Below are positions 9,461-19,296 of a stretch of 64,000 nt of DNA, piece by piece; positions within the stretch are counted from its first letter, which is position 1; each line of letters opens with the position of its first letter. The translations under genes and the position numbers were made by a program. The notes beneath the pieces were generated by a model. It worked only from the letters and a program-made list of their open reading frames with translations, searched no databases and was not told the origin of the DNA. The stretch is taken from the NCBI GenBank assembly GCA_019308925.1, contig JAFDHG010000003.1, positions 3,367 to 67,366 on the forward strand, given 5' to 3'. The DNA comes from Deltaproteobacteria bacterium. GTDB taxonomy: Bacteria; Desulfobacterota; B13-G15; RBG-16-54-18.

Positions 9461-10402
9461 ATGAAGGAAGGCAAGGTCAGTCCAGAGGCAAAGGTGGGGA
9501 TCCTGGTGCTGGCGGGGATCGTCCTGTTGTTTTTCATGTCTTTCAGGATAAGCAGGCTGGAGAGGGTGAGGGGAGAGGTATACACCGCCCTCTTCCCCTC
9601 GGTCTCAGGCCTGGTGATCAACTCCGATGTAGAGGTGGCCGGGGTGCCTGTAGGAAAGGTGGAAAAGATCGGTTTGGAAAAAGGCAAGGCCAAGGTCTGG
9701 ATGAAGGTCGGGCAGGTCGAACTACATCGGGATGCCGAGGCGATCATCAAGACCCACGGGGTCCTGGGGGACAAATATATCGAGATTAAGCCGGGGTCCC
9801 CTGGAGCCCCTCTCCTACAACCAGGGGGGACCATAACCCGGGTGAGATCAGCACCGGATATGGATCAACTCTTCGTCTCTTTGGAGTCCGCCGCCCGGGG
9901 TATGGGCGATCTAGGGCAGTCCCTGCGGGAGGTCATCGGGGAGGAAGAGGGGAAGAATGCGATCAGGGAGTTGGTCATCAACCTCAAAGAGGCGAGCTCA
10001 GACTTCAGGGAGGTCGTCAAGGATAATAAGGACAAGGTAGGCAATATCATCGCCAACCTGGAGGACTTCTCCCATGGGCTGAAGCCCCTCTCACAGAGGG
10101 CCGAGCGGACCTTGGCCAATCTGGAGGAGATCAGTGCCAAGGTGAGGGCAGGGCAGGGGACCTTGGGGAAGCTCCTCACCGACGAGGCACTTTATTACGA
10201 TGCCAAAGAGGCCCTGGCCAGTTTCCGCAGGGTCATGGTGAAGGTAGAAAAGGGAGAGGGTTCCCTGGGGAAGCTCATGACTGATGATACATTCTCCCAA
10301 GAGGCCGAAAAGACCATGAGGAAGATGCAAAAGGCCTCCGAAGGGGTTCAGGAGCAGACCCCTATCACCACCCTGGGGGCCCTATTGGGGCTCTTCTTTT
10401 GA
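9461..10402 (+). CDS. mlaD: MCE/MlaD family protein with long helical C-terminal extension
   Basis: N-terminal TM helix, GL...V..AGVPVGKV, GVLGDKYIEIKPG, repeated GTLGKL/GSLGKL; ATG at 9461 after GGAGG. Confidence 0.9.
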   Translation: MKEGKVSPEAKVGILVLAGIVLLFFMSFRISRLERVRGEVYTALFPSVSGLVINSDVEVAGVPVGKVEKIGLEKGKAKVWMKVGQVELHRDAEAIIKTHGVLGDKYIEIKPGSPGAPLLQPGGTITRVRSAPDMDQLFVSLESAARGMGDLGQSLREVIGEEEGKNAIRELVINLKEASSDFREVVKDNKDKVGNIIANLEDFSHGLKPLSQRAERTLANLEEISAKVRAGQGTLGKLLTDEALYYDAKEALASFRRVMVKVEKGEGSLGKLMTDDTFSQEAEKTMRKMQKASEGVQEQTPITTLGALLGLFF

Positions 10403-10405
10403 TCG

Positions 10406-11827
10406 GTGGGAGGTCCTTTGCTCAGCAAGGTCTTTACATGGTTGCTCATTTTTCTTCTCATCCCCCCTTTTTTTCTGACCTCCCCTGCTGCCCAGGGGAA
10501 GTCTTTGGGATTTTGGCCCTTTTTTTCGTACTACGAATCCGAAAGCCTCAAGGAATTGGAGGTCCTGGGACCCTTTTTTGTCTGGCGGGAGACTGAAGAT
10601 GGTAAGGAGTGGGGGATCAGGCCCTTTGTGTACCGTGCTACCGATCCCTCCCGGGAGGTCGAGCGTACGGAGTTCCTGTACCCTCTGGGGAAATATCAGC
10701 ATGTTCAGGGTGACACTAAGTTCTATCTTGTTCCGGTCAGCCTATCGCGGGATGAGGTGACCTATTCTTCCCCCGAAAGGAGGGAGAAGGCCTCCTCCAT
10801 CCTCACTGCCTTTTGGGGAGAGACGGATACAGGTGAGCGGTACGGGGGGTTTTTCCCACTGACCGGACACTTGAAGGAGCGGTTCGGTAGGGATGAAATT
10901 ACGTTTCATCTGTGGCCCCTGTATTCGCAGATTAAGAACGAGGGTGAGGTTACGTGGCGGATACTCTGGCCATTTATCTCTGTAACCAGGGGAGCGGCAG
11001 AGGGTGTGTATCTGTGGCCTCTCTGGGGTCATAAGGTGAGGAAAGGTGAGTATTCCAGAGGGTTTTTCATGTGGCCCTTTTATGCCTATTTTGATGAAGA
11101 TATGGACACCGATACGCCGGTACAAAAGCGGTATTATCTCCCGTTCTATGCATCGATTCGGTCACCTCAAACGACCGTTGATATGGTTTTCACCCCCTTC
11201 TTGTTCCATCAGAAGAGCGATACGCCTGCCTTCGAAAAGTGGGCGCTCTGGCCCATCGCGACGAAGATTGAGGGAGATAAAATTCGAGAGAGGAGACTCT
11301 TCCCTTTGTTCCGCAAACGGGAAGAGCCTGGGAAGGAGCGGCGCTTTTTTCTCTGGCCCCTAAATTCCTATGAGTTTGATCGATTTGGGACAGAGGAACA
11401 GGAGGTACACCGTTTCCTACTCATCAATAGGTACAGGATAGTTAGGGATGTTGGTACGGGGACAGAAGCCATCGATGCCAATCTCTGGCCCCTCTTTGAC
11501 TATCGTCAAGGGTTTGAGGGTGAGGTAAGCCTTTATATCTTTCCCCTTCTCCCCCTCCACGATGAGGGGATGAAGCGCAACATCTACCCCCTTTTTTGGG
11601 TCTACCGATATACTCGCTCCCCAGAGGGGGAGACTCTGTCAGACCTCCTCTGGGGGCTTTACAGACGCAGGAGCTCACCTCAGGTTTCATTTACCCAACT
11701 TGCCTTTTTCCTGCGCATCGAGAAGAAACACAATGGAGATTTTTATTTATCCTTTTTCGAGGGATTGTTCCGCTATCAGAGGACGAAGGAGGGGGAGATG
11801 ATGAGATTTCTGTTTATTGATTTTTGA
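10406..11827 (+). CDS. exported aromatic-rich repeat protein (repeated WP/FP beta-hairpin units)
   Basis: Signal-peptide-like N-terminus; many aromatic-Pro-(F/L) motifs at roughly 20-aa spacing; ends in Phe. Confidence 0.75.
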   Translation: MGGPLLSKVFTWLLIFLLIPPFFLTSPAAQGKSLGFWPFFSYYESESLKELEVLGPFFVWRETEDGKEWGIRPFVYRATDPSREVERTEFLYPLGKYQHVQGDTKFYLVPVSLSRDEVTYSSPERREKASSILTAFWGETDTGERYGGFFPLTGHLKERFGRDEITFHLWPLYSQIKNEGEVTWRILWPFISVTRGAAEGVYLWPLWGHKVRKGEYSRGFFMWPFYAYFDEDMDTDTPVQKRYYLPFYASIRSPQTTVDMVFTPFLFHQKSDTPAFEKWALWPIATKIEGDKIRERRLFPLFRKREEPGKERRFFLWPLNSYEFDRFGTEEQEVHRFLLINRYRIVRDVGTGTEAIDANLWPLFDYRQGFEGEVSLYIFPLLPLHDEGMKRNIYPLFWVYRYTRSPEGETLSDLLWGLYRRRSSPQVSFTQLAFFLRIEKKHNGDFYLSFFEGLFRYQRTKEGEMMRFLFIDF

Positions 11828-12140
11828 AGTAATAATTCTCAAGGGTGTGGGTTTTGCTTTTAATTCGGCTGAGCTTACCCCTCAGAGTCGGGTCGTCTTG
11901 GACAAGCAGGTTGCTATCTTAAAGGAGAATCCTGATGTTAGGGTAGAGATTGCGGGTCATACTGATAGCGTTGGCTCAGATGCTTACAATCAGAGCCTTT
12001 CAGAGAGGAGGGCCAAGGCGGTGATGGAGTATTTTATTTCGGAAGGTATCTCTCCAAATCGTCTAAAGGCAGTGGGTTATGGAGAATCACGCCCCATCAT
12101 TTCCCAGAAGGCTGAGGTAGTGGGTTCAAAGGGTTTTTAA
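11817..12140 (+). pseudogene. OmpA C-terminal peptidoglycan-binding domain fragment
   Basis: FAFNSAEL, VEIAGHTDSVG, NQSLSERRAKAV, GYGESRPI; lacks a signal peptide and the terminal NRRVE motif. Confidence 0.75.
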
Positions 12141-12166
12141 AAAATTGAACATGATAAATATTTTTT

Positions 12167-12195
12167 TTGACAAAGCGAGGGTTAGCAGGTAAAGT
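12167..12195 (+). promoter_or_regulatory. sigma70-type promoter of slyD
   Basis: TTGACA-17 nt-TAAAGT. Confidence 0.55.
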
Positions 12196-12245
12196 ATATC
12201 ACTAAACGCTTCGCTGAGTTCAAAAGGATAGGGAAAGGAGAAAAG

Positions 12246-12674
12246 ATGACAAAGGCGAAAGAAGGGGACACAGTTAAGATCCACTATACCGGCAAACTCA
12301 AGGATGGGAGTATATTTGACTCCTCTCGGGACGGCGACCCCTTGGAACTTATCTTAGGAGCCGGGCAGGTGATCCCTGGTTTCGAGGAGGCGGTGGTAGG
12401 GATGAGCCCGAGTGACTCCAAGACCTTCGAAATATTGGCTGAAGAGGCCTATGGTCCCTATAGGGAGGAGTTGCTTGTGGAGATCGACAAGGAACAAGTC
12501 CCAGAGGATCTCAATTTAGAGATCGGGCAGCAACTCGTCTTGCGCCAGGCCGAGGGGCAGATGGTTAGGGTGATGGTGACGGATATATCTGAGGCCACCG
12601 TAACCTTAGACGCCAACCACCCCCTGGCTGGGGAGGACCTGACCTTTGAGGTCCAGTTAGTAGAGATTGTTTAG
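12246..12674 (+). CDS. slyD: FKBP-type peptidyl-prolyl isomerase (SlyD/SlpA type, no His-rich tail)
   Basis: VKIHYTGKL, FDSS, GQVIPGFE, DANHPLAG. Confidence 0.9.
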   Translation: MTKAKEGDTVKIHYTGKLKDGSIFDSSRDGDPLELILGAGQVIPGFEEAVVGMSPSDSKTFEILAEEAYGPYREELLVEIDKEQVPEDLNLEIGQQLVLRQAEGQMVRVMVTDISEATVTLDANHPLAGEDLTFEVQLVEIV

Positions 12675-12701
12675 CAAACCCTCATGAGGGTTTGCCCTCA
12701 T

Positions 12702-12848
12702 CCTCGACTATGTAAAATACAGGGTTCAAAGATTTAAATCATAGGATTCCAGGGGTCTAGGGGCCCAGGGTTCTAGTGAAAGACAAAGACCTTGAACCCT
12801 GTAGAATTAAATTATTCACAGGGTGAATCCTAGAACCCTCAAATCCTG
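12702..12848. repeat. 8-bp-periodic palindromic element, copy A, with a nested inverted-repeat insert
   Basis: GGATTCCA GGGGTCTA GGGGCCCA GGGTTCTA GTG ... TTGAACCC [CCCTGT...ACAGGG insert] GAATCC TAGAACCC. Confidence 0.8.
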
Positions 12849-12959
12849 TCTTATATAGGGTTTCAGGGGGCGAAGCCCCCTGAAGTAAGGCTGCAACACG
12901 TAAGAACCTAAATGAATTATATAAACTTCAATTTACCATGAAGTATTTTCACGGTAAAT

Positions 12960-15900
12960 TTAGACTCCCTGTTGAGATAGATAATCACCCAGAAACCTGG
13001 CGGTATATGATTTGTCCTTCTGCTCTATGATCTCCCATGGGTTGCCCTGGACGACAATGTGGCCTCCACCTGCTCCGCCTTCAGGACCAAGGTCGATGAT
13101 ATAATCGGCCTCCTTAATCACCTCCAGGTTGTGTTCGATGACTACTACCGTGTTTCCCCTGTCTATTAGATTTTGCAGTACCTTCAGCAGTTTTTCAATA
13201 TCCGCTATGTGGAGGCCGGTGGTCGGTTCATCCAAGACGTAGAGGGTCTTTCCCCTGGAGGGCTTGCAGAGCTCGGCGACCAGTTTTACCCTCTGTGCCT
13301 CCCCCCCAGAGAGGGTGGGGCTCGGTTGCCCAAAGGTGAGGTAGCCGAGCCCCATATCCACGATCATCTGCAGGATCCGCTTCACCTTGGGTATGGCGGA
13401 GAAGAACTTCAGGCCCTCCTCAAAGGTCATCTCCAAGACCTGGTGGATGTTTTTGCCCTTGTAGATAACAGAGAGGGTTTCATCATTGTAGCGGCGCCCA
13501 GAGCACCCGTTGCAGTACACATATACATCAGGCAGAAACTGCATCTTGACCTTGATCTTGCCCTGGCCTGCACACTCCTCGCACCTCCCCCCTTTTACGT
13601 TGAAGGAGAACCTCCCCGCTCCATACCCCCTTCCCCTCGCCTCGGGGGTCAGGGAGAAGATGCGTCTTATTTCATCGAAGAGCCCCACGTAGGTGGCAGG
13701 GGTGGAGCGAGGTGTCCTCCCGATAGGGGAGTGGTCCACCTCCAAGACCCTCTCCAGATGCTTCCATCCCCTGATCTCGTTGTGGGCCCCCACCTTTCCC
13801 TTGGCGTCGCTCAAGAGGTTTCTCAGCCCACAGAAGATGGTCTCCTTCAGGAGGGTAGATTTCCCCGATCCTGAGACCCCGGTGATACAGGTGAAGCTGC
13901 CCAATGGGATACAGACATCGATCTCCTTCAGATTGTGTTCCCTGGCTCCCAGGACCCAGAGCCATCGCCCCTCCTTGGGTGGGCGCAGGCGGGAGGTGAT
14001 CTTTCTTCGACGACGGCCGTTCAGGTAGGCACCGGTGATCGAGGCGGGGCAGCTTTGGATCTCCTCCAGGGTGCCGGCAGCTACCACCCTCCCTCCATGT
14101 ACCCCCCCTCCAGGCCCTAAATCTATGATGTAGTCCCCCCTTCTAATGGTCTCCTCATCGTGCTCCACCACCATGATGGTATTGCCTCGGTCCCTCATCT
14201 CCCCGAGGGTGGCCAGCAGCATCTGGTTGTCCCGGGGGTGCAGCCCAATGGTGGGCTCATCCAGGATATAGCAGACCCCTCTCAGGTTGGAGCCGAGCTG
14301 GGCAGCCAGGCGGATCCTTTGGGCCTCTCCCCCTGAGAGGGTGTCCCCTCGGCGCTCCAGGGTGAGGTAAGAGAGCCCAACCCTGTTGAGGAACTGGAGC
14401 TTGGTCATGACCTCTCTGATGATCCCCTCGGTAATGGGTATCTCGGCCTCATCAAAGTGGAGCTCCCCAAAGACCCTCTCGGCATCCTGCGCTGACAGGG
14501 AGACAAGATCCCATATTCCCCACCCCTTCACCTTTACCGCTAGGGCGTTCTCCTTCAGGCGTTGCCCCTTACAGAGGGGGCATTCTCTCTCCCCCATATA
14601 GGGGAGCAGGTAATCAAGGAGCCCATTCCCCTCGGCGTATCGGAGCAGCTCCCTCAGGATAGGGATCACCCCCTGGAATCCATCGCCACCATGGAGGATC
14701 TTTCTTTTTATCTCCTCCCTCAACTCCACCAGGGGCCTGTCCAGGGGGATGCCGAGCCTTTTATGGATCTCCCTGAGGACCTTCCCTTTCTGTCTTCGCA
14801 GCGGCCCCTCCTCAAAAGGGGTCAAAGCACCCCCTTCAAGAGACCTCTTCGGCTCAGGCAACACCAGGTCATCGACGAAGTCGCTCAGGCTTCCCAGCCC
14901 CTGACAATAGGGGCAGGCCCCGTAGCGACTGTTGAAGGAGAAGAGCCGTGGATCGAGCTCCTCAAACCCTATGCGGCACCGAGGACAGTAGAGCCGCTGG
15001 CTGAAGATCCTCTCTTCCCCGTCATGGGCCAGGAGATAGATGGTTCCCCTGCTCAACTGCAGGCCCCTGTGCACCACCTCCATGAGCCCGGAGCGGCCCC
15101 CCCGGCTGATCTCCCGCTGATCCACCACTACCTCTATGTCATGCTCTTGGTAGCGGCTCAAAAGTGGTAAGGGGTCAAGATCCACCATCACCCCGTCGAT
15201 TCTTGCTTTGGTGTAGCCAGCCCGCCTCGCCCCCTCCAAGGCCTCCTTGTGAAACCCTTTGCGCCCCATCACCAAGGGGGCTAGGATGGCCACCTCCCTT
15301 CCCCCGTAGTCCTTTATGATCTCCTGTGTGATCCCCTCCAGAGGGTGCGAGGAGATCTCCCCGCCACAGTGGGGGCAATATTGCACCCCTACTTTGCTGT
15401 ACAGCAGCCTCAGATAGTGGTAGATCTCCGTCATGGTGGCCACGGTGGAGCGACTCCCCCCTTGACTGATCCTCTGCTCGATGGCCACGGTGGGGGGGAT
15501 GCCGGTGATGAGGTCCACGTGGGGTCGGTCCATGATCTTGAGGTACTGCCTGATGTACGAGGAGAGGCATTCCAGATAGCGCCTTTGTCCCTCGGCGAAG
15601 ACGACATCGAACGCCAGGGTCGATTTTCCCGAGCCGCTCATGCCGGTGATGATCACCAGCTGGTCCCTGGGGATGGCCAGTTTGAGGTCACGCAGGTTGT
15701 GCTCCCTGGCCCCGGTGATGCAGATGGCCCCTCTATCAGTCCCTTTTTCCTCCTTCAGTTCCAGGGGCGTTGGGAGAACTTTTACCTCCTCCCCCTTCAG
15801 ATATCTATGCAGGAAACGCCCGGTATGGGAGCTCTCACATTCCGCCACCTCCTCGGGGGTGCTGGCGATCACTACGTACCCTCCCTCTTCGCCGCCCTCG

Positions 15901-18530
15901 GGCCCGAGGTCGATGAGGTAATCTGCGCACTTGATCACGTCCATATTGTGCTCGATGACCACCAAGGTATTTCCTTCCTCCACCAGCCTGTCGAAGGCGG
16001 ACAGTAACTGGCGGATATCGTCAAAGTGCAGTCCTATGGTGGGTTCGTCGAAGATGAACAGAGTGTTCGCCCTTCCCCGTTTCATGTACTGGGCCAGCTT
16101 CAACCTCTGGGCCTCTCCCCCTGAGAGGGTATTTATCGGCTGCCCTAGCCTCATATACCCCAACCCCACCTCCACTAGGGGAGACAGGGAGGCGGTGATC
16201 CGGAGATGGTCGCAGAAGAACTCTATGGCCTCCTGGGCCGTCATCTCCAGGACATCGTTGATATTCTTTCCCTGGTAGGTAACCTCTAAGATCTCATCTT
16301 TGAACCTCTTGCCCCTGCAGACAGGGCAGGTGATGTAGACGTCAGAGAGGAACTGCATCTGGACCTTTTCGAACCCCTCACCCTGACACTCCTCACACCT
16401 GCCTCCAGGGACATTAAAGGAGAAGGTCCCCGGGGTATATCCCCTCGCCCTGGAGAGGGGAACTCGGGAGAACAGGTGACGGATGGGGTCGTAGGCCTTG
16501 AGGTAGCTGATGGGGTTGGCCCGCGGGGTCTTCCCGATGGGCCTCTGGTCTACCAGGACCACCTCGGAGACCAGATCAGCCCCAGTGATCTCCTTAAACC
16601 TTCCCGGCCTCTCTTCATGGGCGCCCTTGGCCCTCTTGAGCCCCTTGTAGAGGATATCCTCGGCCAGTGTGCTCTTACCTGAGCCGGAGACCCCGCTGAT
16701 ACAGGTCATCAGCCCCAGGGGAATCTCCAGGTCGATCCCCTTCAAGTTGTGCTCTTGGGCCCCGCGGACCCTGATCACCTCCCCTTCTTTGGGTCTGCGG
16801 CGCATTGTGGGAACAGGTATCCGCAGGTCACCCTTTAGATACCTACCCGTGAGGGACCCTGGCTCCTGCGTGATTCCGGCTATGGGGCCATGGTAGACCA
16901 AGGTTCCCCCCTTCTCTCCGGCCCCTGGCCCCAGGTCCACGATGTAATCGCATCCCTTGACGATCTCTGTGTCGTGTTCCACCACCACTACCGTGTTTCC
17001 CATCTCCCTGAGGGCCTGAAGGATCTGCACCAAGCGGTGGCTGTCCCGGGGGTGTAGTCCGATGCTTGGCTCATCCAGGATATATAAGGTGTTCACCAAG
17101 GAAGAGCCCAGGGCCTTGGTGAGGCTTACCCGTTCTACCTCCCCTCCTGAGAGGGTGCGGGACTGGCGCTCCAGAGTAAGGTAGGCTAGCCCCACCTCCA
17201 TCAGATACCACAGCCTCCCGGTGATCTCCCGCAGGAGGAGCCCGGTCACCTCATCACCGGGCAACGCACTGAGCTCATTGAAGAACTCCTGGGCCTCACC
17301 GATGCTCATGGCATAGACCTCGGCGATGTTTTTTCCCTTTATCCTCCAAAGGAGCGCTTCATTCTTGAAGCGCGTCCCAACGCAGCTGGGGCAGGTCACA
17401 TAACTGCGATAGCGGGACAGAAAGACACGAACATGGAGCTTATACCTCTTGGTCTCCAGCCAGCGGAAGAATCCCCTCACCCCGTAAAACTTCCCATCGC
17501 CGTCGATGATGGCCCTTTTGTCCTCCTCCTTGAGGTCCTTGAAAGGGATGTCAGTGGGGATCCCCCGACGCCGGCAGAAGGTCATCAGGTCCTCGAACTC
17601 CAGACGGGCGATCCCGGTCCACGGTTTGATGGCCCCTTGGCGCAAGGTCTTGTTCTTGTCAGGGACTACCAGGTCGAGATCGATGTCGATGACCCGACCA
17701 AACCCCCGGCAGGTCTTGCAGGCCCCGATGGGGGAGTTGAAGGAGAATAGATTGGGGATGGGGTCCCGATATGAGATATCGCAGTAGGGGCAGTGCAGCC
17801 GGGTACTGAAGCGCAGGGTTTCCCCTCCAAGGAGGTGGATCGCCATCTCTCCTTTCCCGAACGTGAGGGCCTGCTCAAGGGAGTCGATGCACCGCTTCCT
17901 TTCCTCGGGCCGGAAGACCAGACGGTCGACTACCACCTGGATCTCCTCCCCCGTTTCTACACCCCCCTCCAGGGGTGTCACCTCCCCATCTCTGAGGATC
18001 CGGAAGAACCCCAGACCTGCGAGGCGGCTTGCAGCCTGCTCTGGTGAGATTCCCTGCAGGCGGAAGGGAAAGGTGATGACCATCTTTGTGGCGGAGGGGA
18101 GCTGAGAGAGCTCGGCGAAGATGGTTTGAGGGGTATCCCGCTGCACCTTACGGCCACACCCCCGGCATGAGAGCTCGGCAATGCGGGCAAACAGCAACTT
18201 GGTATAATCGGTGATCTCAGTCATGGTCCCCACGGTGGAGCGGGAGGTCTTGACCGGGTCCCCCTGCTCGATGGCTATGGCCGGGGGGATCCCCTCTATC
18301 CTCTCCACGTGGGGCCTGTCCATGCGGTCCATGAACTGGCGGGCATAGGGGGAGAAGGTTTCCACATAGCGGCGCTGGCCCTCTGCATATAAGGTGTCGA
18401 AGGCGAGGCTTGACTTCCCTGAGCCGCTCACCCCCGTGACGACGGTGATCTTCTGCAAAGGGATCTCGAGATCGAACCCCTTCAGGTTGTTCTGCCTGGC
18501 CCCGATGACCTTTATGGCCTTCTCACCCAT
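12960..18530 (-). CDS. uvrA: excinuclease ABC subunit A, tandem-fused double-length form (1856 aa)
   Basis: Four G(V/M)SGSGKS Walker A motifs, four LSGGE signatures, two AEGQRRY motifs and multiple CxxC Zn modules. Confidence 0.95.
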   Translation of the reverse strand: MGEKAIKVIGARQNNLKGFDLEIPLQKITVVTGVSGSGKSSLAFDTLYAEGQRRYVETFSPYARQFMDRMDRPHVERIEGIPPAIAIEQGDPVKTSRSTVGTMTEITDYTKLLFARIAELSCRGCGRKVQRDTPQTIFAELSQLPSATKMVITFPFRLQGISPEQAASRLAGLGFFRILRDGEVTPLEGGVETGEEIQVVVDRLVFRPEERKRCIDSLEQALTFGKGEMAIHLLGGETLRFSTRLHCPYCDISYRDPIPNLFSFNSPIGACKTCRGFGRVIDIDLDLVVPDKNKTLRQGAIKPWTGIARLEFEDLMTFCRRRGIPTDIPFKDLKEEDKRAIIDGDGKFYGVRGFFRWLETKRYKLHVRVFLSRYRSYVTCPSCVGTRFKNEALLWRIKGKNIAEVYAMSIGEAQEFFNELSALPGDEVTGLLLREITGRLWYLMEVGLAYLTLERQSRTLSGGEVERVSLTKALGSSLVNTLYILDEPSIGLHPRDSHRLVQILQALREMGNTVVVVEHDTEIVKGCDYIVDLGPGAGEKGGTLVYHGPIAGITQEPGSLTGRYLKGDLRIPVPTMRRRPKEGEVIRVRGAQEHNLKGIDLEIPLGLMTCISGVSGSGKSTLAEDILYKGLKRAKGAHEERPGRFKEITGADLVSEVVLVDQRPIGKTPRANPISYLKAYDPIRHLFSRVPLSRARGYTPGTFSFNVPGGRCEECQGEGFEKVQMQFLSDVYITCPVCRGKRFKDEILEVTYQGKNINDVLEMTAQEAIEFFCDHLRITASLSPLVEVGLGYMRLGQPINTLSGGEAQRLKLAQYMKRGRANTLFIFDEPTIGLHFDDIRQLLSAFDRLVEEGNTLVVIEHNMDVIKCADYLIDLGPEGGEEGGYVVIASTPEEVAECESSHTGRFLHRYLKGEEVKVLPTPLELKEEKGTDRGAICITGAREHNLRDLKLAIPRDQLVIITGMSGSGKSTLAFDVVFAEGQRRYLECLSSYIRQYLKIMDRPHVDLITGIPPTVAIEQRISQGGSRSTVATMTEIYHYLRLLYSKVGVQYCPHCGGEISSHPLEGITQEIIKDYGGREVAILAPLVMGRKGFHKEALEGARRAGYTKARIDGVMVDLDPLPLLSRYQEHDIEVVVDQREISRGGRSGLMEVVHRGLQLSRGTIYLLAHDGEERIFSQRLYCPRCRIGFEELDPRLFSFNSRYGACPYCQGLGSLSDFVDDLVLPEPKRSLEGGALTPFEEGPLRRQKGKVLREIHKRLGIPLDRPLVELREEIKRKILHGGDGFQGVIPILRELLRYAEGNGLLDYLLPYMGERECPLCKGQRLKENALAVKVKGWGIWDLVSLSAQDAERVFGELHFDEAEIPITEGIIREVMTKLQFLNRVGLSYLTLERRGDTLSGGEAQRIRLAAQLGSNLRGVCYILDEPTIGLHPRDNQMLLATLGEMRDRGNTIMVVEHDEETIRRGDYIIDLGPGGGVHGGRVVAAGTLEEIQSCPASITGAYLNGRRRRKITSRLRPPKEGRWLWVLGAREHNLKEIDVCIPLGSFTCITGVSGSGKSTLLKETIFCGLRNLLSDAKGKVGAHNEIRGWKHLERVLEVDHSPIGRTPRSTPATYVGLFDEIRRIFSLTPEARGRGYGAGRFSFNVKGGRCEECAGQGKIKVKMQFLPDVYVYCNGCSGRRYNDETLSVIYKGKNIHQVLEMTFEEGLKFFSAIPKVKRILQMIVDMGLGYLTFGQPSPTLSGGEAQRVKLVAELCKPSRGKTLYVLDEPTTGLHIADIEKLLKVLQNLIDRGNTVVVIEHNLEVIKEADYIIDLGPEGGAGGGHIVVQGNPWEIIEQKDKSYTARFLGDYLSQQGV

Positions 18531-18727
18531 TTCGATATCATTTTATCCCCTTATTGGGGAAAGGGAAAGGGGGTCTTTTGGGGGTTATTGGACTGTTATT
18601 CCGTGATTTAAGTTCAGGTTCAGTTTTTTTCAATAAGTTGCTTTATCAGTAACTTTGTTCTGGCATTAAAGCCTGTATTTGATAAAATGATAAAAGTTAA
18701 ACCCTTACTGAGGAAGGAGGTTGGATT

Positions 18728-19294
18728 ATGGATAAAAAATTTTTCTATTTTTTGTTAGTAGCTGGATTGGTTGTTTTTGGAATAGTGCTAGCAGGATATG
18801 GAAAAGAGAGAAAAGGCACTGCAAAGGTAAAGGTAGAGGGATCCCCCAAAATTGCGGAAGTAAGAGCATTGAGGAATGTTATAGAGATAAAAGCAGAAGG
18901 GGAAATTCTGCATTATCAAAAAGAATCTCTTTGGAATGAAGAAGATTTTTCTGAAATCCTGGGATCAAGAAAGAAATTTGAGTCTACAGAGGTCGGTTCT
19001 TTTAAGAAAAACGTGGAAAGATATAACAGATATGTCGTTGATTCTAAGGTTGAATTCAATAAAGCAAGGAAATCAACCACTTTAATATGCGATGTGAAGG
19101 GGGCAAAAGCAGGATCTTGGTATGATTTTGATTGGTTTCTAAGGCCTCGCGGTTTAGACTTCATTGACAGTCATTTTAACAGAAGAGAAAAGGAGCTTTA
19201 TTGGGAAGGGGAAATCAATGGGATAAGAACATCAATAAGCATAAAGTTCCCTTTTCTTATTTCTAATTGCCATGAGCATGTCTGGCCAAGGTAA
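18728..19294 (+). CDS. membrane-anchored or exported hypothetical protein
   Basis: 188-aa ORF with AAGGAGG RBS, N-terminal hydrophobic segment and C-terminal CHEHVW. Confidence 0.7.
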   Translation: MDKKFFYFLLVAGLVVFGIVLAGYGKERKGTAKVKVEGSPKIAEVRALRNVIEIKAEGEILHYQKESLWNEEDFSEILGSRKKFESTEVGSFKKNVERYNRYVVDSKVEFNKARKSTTLICDVKGAKAGSWYDFDWFLRPRGLDFIDSHFNRREKELYWEGEINGIRTSISIKFPFLISNCHEHVWPR

Positions 19295-19296
19295 GA

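Noticed and set aside
12702..12848. Octamer tracts considered as a CRISPR array
   Set aside because: Units are 8 bp and contiguous with no unique spacers, and there are no cas genes in the window
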